NCBI GenBank assembly: GCA_013265495.1
Contig: MU058009.1
Location: 932,001 to 996,000, forward strand
Reading direction: 5' to 3'
DNA from: Vicugna vicugna
Lineage: Eukaryota
DNA: 64,000 bases
Within the stretch, counting starts at the first letter, position 1; each line of letters opens with the position of its first letter. The notes under the pieces were generated by a model, which did not search any database, was not told the DNA's origin, and saw only the letters and a list, made by a program, of their open reading frames with translations. Shown here one piece after another: positions 1 through 9,900 of this stretch. Both the position numbers and the translations under genes were made by a program.

Positions 1-427
1 CTTCCAAGAATGTAAAAATCAGTATAAAAGATTAGGCATGAGCCAAAACATCTGCAGTCTAAGAAGACCATGGTAAGGGTCATTCGGGTGGCGCAGACAA
101 CACAGGACACATTGCGATGCTCTTCTACGGGCGGCATCTGAGGATGCCATTTGGAAAGCCTTTCTCAGAATTAGGCTGGACAGAGCTGCTTCCTCTCCTG
201 GACTGAGGAGATGTCAGTTGCCAATATGATGAAACGTTTTATATATCAATGTCATATCATATCAAAAATAATTAGTCCATTTTTTTTTCGGCCCTGCTCA
301 TATCGTCCTATATTACACAATGAAAGACATTTCATCAAATCTTCTTCTTCAGGCAAATAGAACTCCTTCCAATTTTTGGATCTAGTATAAGGCTGGCTCA
401 TTTCATGGTTTACACCTCTGGAAATAC
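1..427 (-). ncRNA. Candidate spliced exon (acceptor at 427/428; 3' end not defined, may run off the window)
   Basis: Minus strand reads aatgcTTAATctgttgttttcccaactccttccAG|GTATTTCC: branch-point-like TTAAT, pyrimidine tract and CAG in non-repeat sequence. No transcript evidence. Confidence 0.3.
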
Positions 428-619
428 CTGGAAGGAGTTGGGAAAACAACAGATTAAGCATTTGCTAGTTTGCGGTACCCTGTAGCCCAAGATTGCATCA
501 AGTTAATGTCGGAGCTTGTGCTTTGCTGGAGTGGGACCTACACTCGGCATGCTCTGTCCTTTCCACATTGTCTTGATTAATCACAGCCTGGCAGGGGGGA
601 CTAGCCAAGCTTTGGGAAG

Positions 620-1040
620 ACTTTAAATTTAAGTCGAGCTTTGAAGGATGATGGTGCAGACTTAAATACAGGAGGGAGGTAAGCAGTAGCGTTTAGGGAA
701 AGACACAGCTTCAGGAAAGGGCAAATGGGAGGTTCCCAGCGTGTTCACAAAGCAGTTTATCATGGATTTATAGAGTGGAAGAATATAATATTGAGATAAA
801 AATTAGAAAGTTAGATTGGCAATATCTTAAGAAAATTTAAATAACAAATATGGAATTTTGCATTGATTAGTTTTTAGGTATGGGGAAATATTAATTTTTA
901 AAGTAGGGGATTGATAAGATTTATGTTTCAGGGAGATAATCGTTACAGGGTAGTGCTGAATGAAGTTGGGACAATGCCAGGGGCAAAGGCTGGGGTTTAC
1001 TAGCTAAGAGTCTTCTATAAAGTCCAGGTAAGTGATATGT
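620..1040 (-). mobile_element. L2 LINE fragment
   Basis: Purine-rich antisense L2 landmarks: gagctttgaaggatga, tttatgtttcagggagataatc, agtccaggtaagtgat. Confidence 0.65.
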
Positions 1041-1177
1041 GTGTCTCGTCTGCATCCGTGGTTCCTGCTAGTGTAAGAACACCAAGTCTGGTGCTCGCTG
1101 TCATTAAATTTAGTGCGAAGTGCTGGGACCTCAGCAGCGCGGGCTGACTCGGGAGGCATTAATATAAAAGGGGTCTA

Positions 1178-2010
1178 CAGCACTCTTGTCTTATGTGTGG
1201 TTTCGGTTACCCAAGATCAACGTTCAGAAAATATTAAATGAAAAATCCCAGAAATAAACAATTCATAAATTTTAAATTGCATGCTGCTCCGTGTAGGTGA
1301 TGAACCCTTGAGCTGTTCCACTCCATCCCTCATGGGACGTGAATTATCCCTTTGTTCAGCATCCGCCACCCATTAGTCACCTAGGAGCCCTTTCCCTTGT
1401 GAGACAGGCTTTCCCAGGGTAGCGGTGCCTGCATTCAAGTAACCCTTATTTTACTTCATGATGGCCCCAAAGCGCATGAGCAGTGAGGCTGGCAATCCTC
1501 CATGCCAAGGAGAAGCTGTAAAGTACTTCCTTCAAGTGAAAAGGTGAAAGTTCCCAACTTAATAAGGAAAGAAGGAAAGTTGCATGCCGAAGTGGCTAAG
1601 ATCTATAGTAAGAACATGGCCTCTGTCTGTGAAATTGTGAAGAAGGAGAAAGAAATGGGTACTATAATTTTGCTGTTGCACCTAAAACTACAAAAGTTAG
1701 GGCCACCGTGTGTGATAAGTGCTTAGTTAAGATGGAAAAGACATTAAATTTATAGGAGAAGATATTTTGAGAGAGCAAGACATCGGATTCACATAACTTT
1801 TATGGCAGTGAATTGTTACACTTGTTTTATTTTATTATTTGTTATTGTTGTTACTCTCTTACTGCGTCTAATTTATAAATTAAACAGTATCATAGTACAT
1901 ACTGTAGGAAAAAAAAAACACAGTGTGTGTACAGGGTTTGGTACCGTCTGTGGTTTCAGGCATCCGCTGGGGGCCATGGAACATACTCCCCATGGATAAG
2001 GAGAATTAAT
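1178..2010 (+). mobile_element. MER44-family (Tigger7-derived, TcMar) DNA transposon
   Basis: Starts TA|CAG; contains the MER44 segment aaatattaaatgaaaaatcccagaaataaacaattcataaattttaaattgc and the 3' end ggtttcagggcatccgctgggggccatggaacatactccccatggataagg. Confidence 0.9.
1502..1670 (+). pseudogene. Decayed Tigger7/pogo transposase N-terminal HTH (CENP-B/psq-like) fragment within MER44
   Basis: ORF MPRRSCKVLPSSEKVKVPNLIRKEGKLHAEVAKIYSKNMASVCEIVKKEKE resembles the Tigger transposase N-terminus; similarity is lost afterwards and there is no DDE domain. Confidence 0.8.
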
Positions 2011-2109
2011 CAAAGTGATTTGTTACTTTTTGTAGGTTCTGTAGCTTGTTAGGTAAAGTACAGCTCAAGGAGTTCAGGTGGCAATAATAGTAACACTAAC
2101 TACGACATT

Positions 2110-2320
2110 GCTAATAGCTGGAAAATATTGCGTGTGCCCCACAGCGCACTTCGGTTACTGCTCCGAATGTTTTATCTGGAGTGGCCCGTGTATCCTTCAA
2201 TCAAGTTTATAAATCAAGTGCTGTGTTCTCTGTTTTACCAAGAAAGCCAAGGCTCGAAGTGGATTTCACCCGAGTCCACACAGCTGGACAACGGCAGAGC
2301 AGGGCTTCAAAGCCAGGGGC
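2110..2320 (-). mobile_element. MIR SINE
   Basis: Antisense MIR core: ctgttttaccaagaaagccaaggctc...cacacagctggacaacggcagagcagggcttcaaagccagg. Confidence 0.65.
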
Positions 2321-2424
2321 CCTGAGGGACAAGCCCGTCTGCCACCAAGGTGATGCAGGCTCTTCGACAGCTAGAGCAAGGGCCTCTTGGTTCCATCAGA
2401 CTATGTGGTGGTAACACCATTCTT

Positions 2425-2600
2425 TTCAACACTACCGGCTGTGATACTTCGGCAGAATTATTAAACAACATTGAACCTCAGTGTCTCCATCTATAAAATG
2501 GGAATATTTAGTGATTTTAGTGATTTTGTATGGACATTTTGAACATTAAAATTGATAAGGGGTGTAAAATGCCGGGCAAGATAAATCTTTCAGTCAGTCG
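2425..2600 (+). mobile_element. MIR SINE
   Basis: MIR core gaacctcagtgtctccatctataaaatgggaata. Confidence 0.7.
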
Positions 2601-3279
2601 GATGAGGATGAGCTTTTGAGGTTCCAGGCGGTAAGCAACACCCAAATCCCGGCAGCGTTATCTTAGCTGCTGAGTTCCTTCATCGCCGTCCTCCAACAAG
2701 GCGCTGAGATGTGGGGGAAACGGGGCAGTGCTGTGCCCGGTGGCATGAGGGAGGAGGCCGTTTGGGGAAATCCAGGTGCCATCCCATCCGCTTACTTGGC
2801 TGCGAGGACAAGGAGGGGTCCAGTCACAGAACTCTCTCTCTGAAAGTTCAGTCCTGTAGATGAACGCAGCATCAGGGAGGACCAGGTGGAAGCAGGTGTA
2901 AACACGCCTGCATGTGGGTACCCGAGGCTTGCCCTAGTCACAGCAGACACCCGATGCTTATGTTGGCAAGATTAATTGCAGATTCCACCAGCCACTGACT
3001 GCGGCACACCGCTCGCCTTGCAGGCAGGAATCAGGGGACGGTTTGTTATTATGAAGGCATTGCCGAAGTCTGGAAAGAGTGATCAAAACAGTTGAATGAA
3101 GGACAGCTTTAAGAAACTATGGCCAGAGGCAGAGACTTCAGGGCATTTGAAAAAAAGGGGAGAGAGGTTTGTCTAGTTTAGGAGGCCGGGAATAAGGTAT
3201 ATCCTCAAAGTCCCTGCTCTCAGGCCCCATAGAGCACTGATTTAGCAAGTGTCTCCATTTTCAGAAACACGTTTCCACC

Positions 3280-3338
3280 ACCACACACACACGTATACAC
3301 AGACACACACAGAAGAATGCACACGCACACACACACAC
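3280..3338. repeat. Imperfect (CA)n microsatellite
   Basis: Interrupted acacac runs seen directly. Confidence 0.85.
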
Positions 3339-3519
3339 TTAACAATGTACAGCTATGCTTCAGAGAATTAGAATTGGCTCAGGCACCCGAGAACTGATGC
3401 TGCAGAAGGAAAAGAATAGAAACCGTGGTGAAATATGACAGGTGCGTTTCATCATGGACCCACTTGGACCGATGCCTGGACACTGGCCGACAGGAGGCTT
3501 CTGAGCCCTCAGCTTAGAG

Positions 3520-3663
3520 GCCTTATCTACCTATTTGTCTGTTTTTTCCAATAGAAGGTAAGTTTCATAAAGACAGGGCGTCTTCTGTCTTTCCGCTGCT
3601 GTGTCTCATCTCCTGTAAACAGCGCATAGCTGGTGCCCAGTAACCACTGAATGAATGAGTGAA
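3520..3663 (+). mobile_element. L2 3' end
   Basis: tagaaggtaagtttcataaagacagggc... ending in the L2 tail tgaatgaatgagtgaa. Confidence 0.75.
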
Positions 3664-3839
3664 ACAGTTCTTGGGGATATTTAGGTTATTGTTTTCTTTT
3701 ATTTCAGAGTAGTGATAATAAACAAAGGTTCAAAGTTATAAAAACGAAAACCTGAAGTTGGGGTCGGCCCCGTCTTTTCTCTATTCCTCCCCCTCCCACC
3801 TGAAATCTAAAGAACTGTTCTGTCACGAGCCCCGCCACT

Positions 3840-4070
3840 GAGGTGAGAATTTATTCTATAGGCAAAGGGAGATTTTGGAGACTTTCAAGCAGGGGAGTGA
3901 CGTGGCAAATGGATTTCTATTTCGGAAAGATAACTTTGGAGACAGCATGCGATGTAGATTAGAAGCAAAACAGACTGCAAGCAGAGTCCATTCAGCAAGC
4001 TAGTCACACGCGCTAACCATGCAAATGAGTAGATCCTGGGACAGGTTAGTGTTGGTAGAATGCTGTGGGG
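3840..4070 (-). mobile_element. L2 fragment
   Basis: tttattctataggcaaagggag...ttcaagcaggggagtgacgtggc...ttcggaaagataactttgg matches antisense L2. Confidence 0.7.
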
Positions 4071-4149
4071 AGCTGCACATCAATGTGCACTTAATAAAAA
4101 TAATGATAACATTACTTCTAATGGTAACAGTAACAGCATTAAACAATAA

Positions 4150-4290
4150 AAAATAATGAACATTTATTAAGTGTTTATTCTCTACCAGGGACACTTCAGA
4201 GAAGTTGAGGAGACAGTGAGTGGTCCAAGTTTGCATGGCCAATAGACAGTGGAAAATCAGAATTCATACCCAAATCTTTTGACGGGACCC
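4150..4290 (-). mobile_element. MIR fragment
   Basis: aacatttattaagtgtttattc...cagagaagttgagg...cagaattcatacccaaatct. Confidence 0.5.
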
Positions 4291-4460
4291 CTTCTCCCTG
4301 TGCTAACAACGCAATCTTCAAGTACCGTATCTGTAATTTATAAATGCAAAGACGTATGACGTACGTAGATACACTTTGCTTTTAGGTTATAAGCTTTTTT
4401 AGATTGGAAACTTCTGGAAGACCCAGGCAATGTCTTTTTGTTGCTTGGCTTTTCTTAGCC

Positions 4461-4548
4461 CATGTATACACACACGTGTATACGTTTACACACAGACGTG
4501 TACACATATGTAGTGGGCCTGCGTGTACACGTGCACATACGTATGTGC
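4461..4548. repeat. Alternating purine-pyrimidine low-complexity tract with palindromes
   Basis: 4520-4548 is strictly RY-alternating and includes the 16-bp palindrome gcacatacgtatgtgc (4533-4548). Confidence 0.85.
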
Positions 4549-4759
4549 TTCTCCAGCCAATCCCACAGGGCTCTGCACGTAACAGGGAGCCGTGGAGACA
4601 GACATTTCACCCCAGAGCCATGGCCCGCTGATGGCTGAGCTCCCTGGCCGGGCACGGGAGGACTCTTTTGAGAGTTAGGGGAGCCTTTCTTCATCCCTCA
4701 AATAGCAGGTTGACAGCCACACTCCGAGTCCTCAAGCCTCTTTCCTGAGCAGCCTTCTC

Positions 4760-5360
4760 TGCCCTCGGGCGGGGTGGGGGTTTGAGGCACCGAGGAGGAC
4801 CCCGGGCGCTGCGGGGGGAGGGGGGTCGACGATGCTCCGCGGATTCTTTAACGTGTCCCCAAAGCCAGTTGTCCCCACGCTCTTCTCTCTTGACTTGCCG
4901 CGTTCTTCACACAGCAGTGGCTTTTCTCCTGACGCTGCGTGAGGCCGCAGGTATCAAGGAACTTAGAGACGAAGGTGGGGTTTGTACAGGCCTTTCCGTC
5001 AGGAGGGAGCTGATCCAGATGGGGAGACAGTGTCCCTCGTGGGCTGTGCCCGCAGCAGCCCTTGCTTGGGCCGGGCTCGCCCCCCAGCCCTTCTCACCCC
5101 TCGCCTGATCCTAAGCGGCCTTCCTGCTGGACACGCAGGGACCAACCCAAGCAAAACCTGGCCTGGGGACTTGCCGCGCTGGGTCCGGAGGTCTCGGGAC
5201 CGTTCTGTTTGCCCGGAGGGCGCAGCGCGCGGTCCCGCCCGGCGGAGGAGGGGGCTGGGGGGTTCCTAGCGCTTTGCCCATGGTGCTCATTTTCAGCAGA
5301 TATTCAGGTTGGGACTTGCCTCAGGGAAGGGTGTGACGGGGCCCGCCGCACGGAACAGCC
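4760..5360. promoter_or_regulatory. CpG island-like region (weaker CpG-rich shoulder to ~5900)
   Basis: About 44 CpGs in ~600 bp by hand count; GC-rich, with GC boxes (gggcgggg at 4767, cccgccc near 5234) and G-tracts. Confidence 0.7.
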
Positions 5361-6389
5361 TGTGAATCTCTGAACTTTGGTGTTTCCTAACCCCCACGCC
5401 ATGAAGCAGAGTCTCCTAGGGCCTGGGAAGCAGAAACATCTCCTTTGAGTGAGAACACTCCCTTCTTTGAGGGAACGATCTGGAATCATTTAAGAGAGAA
5501 AAGGGTCCCTTCCCCATCTCTCCAAAGCAAAAGCGAAGGGCCCCCTGGGGCAGGGTAAGAAGAGAGACACAGGAGAAAAGATGAGAAAGGGATTCGGGAG
5601 AGGCCGGGAGGAGAGGACCGAGTGGAGGCAGCGGCCCAGGAGTCCCTGTCTGAAGACCACCGTGCAGGCCGGCCACTCTGTGCCGAGGCTGCTCAGCCCG
5701 GCTCCGCTGCTGGCACCTGCCAGGGGCAGAGGGCGTCTTCCGTGCCGCCGTGAGCAGCCCCCCTCACAGGGACTCGGCTTGACCCCCGGCCACTCACCCC
5801 GTGTGGAAAACTCCCACCTGAAAGCCGCAGGAGACGATGGCCACGGTCTCCTGGCAGAATTGTGGAGAAAGCACGTGCTCTCGAAGAAGCAGGGTGTCCT
5901 GCTGCAGAATCTGTTCACTTGTGACCCCGAGTCCCTCTTGTAGCAACAGACCAAGGGCTACGGTCACCATGTTCTCCAATGTTCAAATTAGGGCACAGGA
6001 TTTGTTATATGATTTGACTACAGGAGGGAAGTTTTAAACTAGGACCTTCTCAGTCACCCAGCACTCATGGTTTGGCCTGTTGCCCTGAGGCACAGGTTAT
6101 TTTTGGACAGGATATAGAAGAAATTCTGTGGATTTCTAAACTGTTCCAGTGAAAATGCATGTATTCTCCCCCCACCCTCCATTAACATCTACCATCCCCC
6201 AGAAGTTGCCTGGAGAGGATTTCTTCTCCGGGCTCCAGTAACAAATCAGCTTTTCTATGTGCACGTGGACTTAAGGTAGGAGTCAGACAGGTGTGGTTCA
6301 CAGCGCGGATTTGTCCTGCAGAACTGTCTCATTCTGGGCTGCTCCACCCAGAGAAGTTGCTGCTGACGTTAAACAATCAAGAGAGGACA

Positions 6390-6540
6390 TGCAGAGAACT
6401 ATGGTCAATATCTTATAGTAACCTACAATGGAAAAGAATATGAAAAAGAATATGTGTGTGTGTGTGTGTGTAATTGAATCGCCATGCTGTACACCAGACT
6501 AACGCAACATTGGAAATCAATTATTCTTTAATTAAAAAAA
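6390..6540 (+). mobile_element. Heavily 5'-truncated L1 3' end (artiodactyl-type tail) with (TG)n and short poly(A)
   Basis: gaactatggtcaatatcttatagtaacctacaatggaaaagaata...gctgtacaccagactaacgcaacattggaaatcaa...aaaaaaa; possible TSD aagagaggaca (6379-6389) / aaaaaaggaca (6535-6545). Confidence 0.85.
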
Positions 6541-6544
6541 GGAC

Positions 6545-6745
6545 ACACAAATATCTGAGATTTTGCTTCTTTGGGATTACAAGAAGAGCTAGCAATATTG
6601 AACCGCATCCTCATGTGCTGCTTCCTTGAGCTCTGACCGCTCTCAGGCTCACTGATGCCCTCCAGTCCCCATGGCGTCTTGGACACCGAGGCAGGGCTCG
6701 GTGGCATCTGACCCTGGAATCACGCTCCATGCTTCTTTGTTTCTC
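6545..6745 (+). mobile_element. MER102-like hAT-Charlie fragment
   Basis: gattttgcttctttgg...gaagagctagcaatattgaaccgcatcc...ccagtcccca...gacaccgaggc resembles the MER102 consensus as I recall it. Confidence 0.5.
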
Positions 6746-7274
6746 TCACTCTCAACCAGCTCTTCTTCATCATGTCACCATCAAGGTCCTTGAAAGTGTT
6801 GTGACCTTGTCTTAGGGCAGGAGCCTCTGCTCTGGGCCCGTAGCAAATGTTTGGGTTTGGGCCTGAGTGCATGGCCATGAGCCCCATGGGATGGTCCATC
6901 TCCTCACCTGGAAAACATTTGCGAGCCTTGGCTTGTGGAAATGATACCTCAGATTGCGTTTGAGTTATTTTCATCTAACGCTCCCAGTTGTTCTTTCTAG
7001 TTCTCAAAGATGGGGCTGCTGGGGCAAGACGCATCAGCTCTGTAACCTAAAGCTTTTCACCCACCTGGGAGAGTTCCCCAGCCGCGCTCTTAAATCGTGC
7101 TGTGCCTCCCAGAGAGATTAACTGTGAGCTCTGCTGATGGTTCTGCACGTCGCCCACTCAGAGCTGACTTAAGTTTTCTTTATTCTCCCCCCTCCCCATG
7201 CACGTGGCCGCGTGGTTTCTTGCAGATTACTCAGCTCTAAAGAACAGAGATTTGTCTGAGCGTGTCTACCTTTA

Positions 7275-7390
7275 GAAACGAGCATTCTGTGGCTTGGAGT
7301 TACGCCAAATGTCTTGGATAATTAATTGTGTGACTTTAGACAAGTAACTTGTCCTGCCAGTGCTTCAGTTTCCTCTTATAAAGTGAGACT
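7275..7390 (+). mobile_element. MIR SINE
   Basis: tgtgtgactttagacaagtaactt...gcttcagtttcctcttataaagtgag. Confidence 0.7.
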
Positions 7391-7409
7391 AGACTTAGAC
7401 AGACCTCTC

Positions 7410-7960
7410 CTTATTCACACAAGTGATTCATTTGAGGAATATGTAGCAAACACCTTTGATGCCACAGACACTGCCCTAGGGACTGAGTGTGTGAAAGATG
7501 GAGAAACATAGTGACACCACCGTGGGCATCTTCAAGTCTGGAAGTAGAGATCTGTGTCTTTACATCTATTTACCTGTTTATTATCTATCATAATTTATTA
7601 TAAGGATCTATATACATGTAGTAAAGAAAATATATCCATACTATTTACAAAGCAGTGTGAAAAGGGCAAGAATAAACATGTGCAGCCCTTGAGTGGGAGC
7701 TCTTGCAGGGGGCAGGGAAGTTTTCAAAGTTAAAGGTGAGTTTTGTGTGGGTCTTGAAGTATGAATAGAAACCCAGTGGGATTCTAGGCTAACGGGATCT
7801 CATGTGTGAAGCCCCAAATACATAAAGTCAAGGTGTTTGGGGATGTAGGACCTTTGAAATGGCTGGAGTGAGGCAGGAGGGATGGAAAAACAGGGCTGAA
7901 GATGCCACCAGAGAAGGGTTTAGTAGAGCTGTGTGTTCCATGCTAAGCCTTTTAGGAAGT
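7410..7960 (-). mobile_element. L2 fragment(s)
   Basis: attcatttgaggaatatgtagcaaacacct...cagacactgccctaggg...gggtcttgaagtatgaatag...ttccatgctaag. Confidence 0.6.
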
Positions 7961-8557
7961 CCTTCCTTTGGAGGTCTTTACACATAAACATTTATGCATA
8001 AATTCTCATATTTCTCTGGAACATTTTGATGTTGTCCTATTAACACCTGGAGATCATGTATCCTCTTAAGGTCCATTTCAGGACCAACATTTTTCAAACA
8101 GCTGAGCTAACATGTGAAGCTCTGGTGGGCAGCAGCGTATAAACGATAGCTGGGTAGTGTTGCCATAAATGTTTGGGTTGTGAAAGATAACTACACTCTT
8201 CAGAAACAGGGGCGCCTACCTTGCTCCTGCCTGGGGAGGAAGACCACCGAAGCCAACACAGCAGGAAAGACAGCAGTGACCTCTGCCTAGTGAGGCCACT
8301 GACCGCCGAGCGCGCCTTCACACTGAACGACCCCTTATGGCTTTGGGATCGTGCGCGTTGACAATGCCCCTCCCTTCCTGGGTGGATTTTACACCCAGGG
8401 CGTCCTCCCACGTTGTCGTTCCAAGGTGAGAAAAAGAGACATAAACTGTTTCTTTCCAGGTTCATCGAACCAGATTCCTGGATCTGCCAGAGCCAGAAGC
8501 TGCCTGGTCGTCTCTGTCTTTCCATCGTGGACTCTGTTTAGCGCTGACAGTTCAGTT

Positions 8558-8576
8558 CTGCTCCCCCTGCTGGCCA
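8558..8576 (-). promoter_or_regulatory. CTCF core motif candidate
   Basis: Minus strand TGGCCAGCAGGGGGAGCAG versus consensus TGGCCACCAGGGGGCGCTA. Confidence 0.5.
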
Positions 8577-9504
8577 GACGTCCCCTCACAACAGCAAAGG
8601 GAGGCTGTTCCAGGGGCTCCTTCAGCCAGAGTCCAGACTACTTGCAATGTCTTGGCAATGCAATATTGGCGTTAAAAAAAAAAACTACTTAAAATCCAGC
8701 AGCTCTTCCTCTAGCAGATTATAATCATTTGAAAACACCGCAGATTAAATCTGGGGCCTCCACTGGGTCCCCAGCCTTGCTATTAATTAATAAAGCTTGA
8801 AACGAGCTGTGATTAATTGCAAGTCCAGGAGCGCAACGCAGCTTGATGGATACGTTCAGATTTCAGGGAGAGAAACGTTCAGACCATCGCTTGAAGCAGA
8901 GGCCTCGGCGAATATAACCAGTTTGGTTTCAGAAACGTGTCTTTGCCACACAAATTGCAGAGTGTGTCGTCCCTGGAATGAAGTTGGCTGGTGACAGGGC
9001 AGACGGGCAGATCGGGAGCCAGTTCGCTCAGCGCACACCTTCTAGGGCTTCTTTCAATCTTTTCTTTCTATTTCTCCCTTCTTTCCCTGCTCTCTCTGTC
9101 TCTCTTTCCCTCCCCCGTTCTGTTTCCCTTCATTTTCTTCCATTTCCCTTTTTCAAATGATCAGACTTGAAGAATAGACTAAAGGTAAGAGGAAGCAGTG
9201 GATATGAGATTCAGGATTTGAAAAGAATGGAAGATACACTGGCCATTTTAAAATACAGAGAAATCCATTCACGAGACATTTGTTTCTTCATTGTAGAGAG
9301 AGTTGTCCACCAGAGCTCAAGGATCCAGCGAGTAAAGATGACAGAATCTTGGAGAGGCAAGAGAGGCTGTGATGATTATCTACCCTAACCCCTGGGTCTG
9401 TACTGGGGGAAACTGGGATGTATGTCGGTTCAACAGTATATGTGCAACATCACAGAGATGGCTGGAGGCAGACCAGGGAAGGAATCCTGACACAGCCAGA
9501 GGGC

Positions 9505-9900
9505 ACTGAGAGAGATGGACTTGGACTTCAAAGATTTGAATTTGAGTCCTGGCTCTGCCTTCATGTAGGAGGAGCACGGCTGGCTTCACGAGTGCATAAT
9601 GTGAGCATCACACAGCGCTACGCTTCGATGGACTCCACCCTTGGTTTGATGATCTGCTGATGTCTGATGAACATATATAAATATATTTTTTTAAACAAGG
9701 GACTCTGAATTTTTATTTTGCCCTGCAAATTATGTACCGGGTCTCCCCTAGCAGTATAGGACCTTAAGTACATCATTGGCTGTCTCAGCTTTCTTATCCA
9801 TAAAGGGATTATAGTCTTACCCACAGTGGATGGAATAATTAAGTGGGGTCATGAGGGGAAACATTTGGTAAATGATAAAATACTATGCAAATACAGGGCA
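9505..9900 (+). mobile_element. MIR SINE split by a MER91A insertion
   Basis: 5' part ttgaatttgagtcctggctctgcc; resumes after ~9750 with tgtctcagctttcttatccataaagggattatag. Confidence 0.7.
9575..9746 (+). mobile_element. MER91A-like hAT MITE
   Basis: cacggctggcttcacg...cttggtttgatgatctgctg...aacaagggactctgaatttttattttgccctgcaaattatgtaccgg follows the MER91A consensus. Confidence 0.7.

Noticed and set aside
1502..1726. Possible domesticated Tigger (TIGD-like) gene
   Set aside because: Only the first ~50 residues resemble the transposase, inside a non-autonomous MER44 copy; no DDE domain.
3708..3842. Plus-strand exon-like segment (tttcAG|...GAG|GTGAGA)
   Set aside because: Stops in all frames, donor falls at the edge of an L2 fragment, and no supporting partner exons; treated as a pseudo-exon.
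8426..8459. Plus-strand GTGAG...TTTCCAG mini-intron
   Set aside because: 34 nt, well below the practical minimum for mammalian spliceosomal introns.
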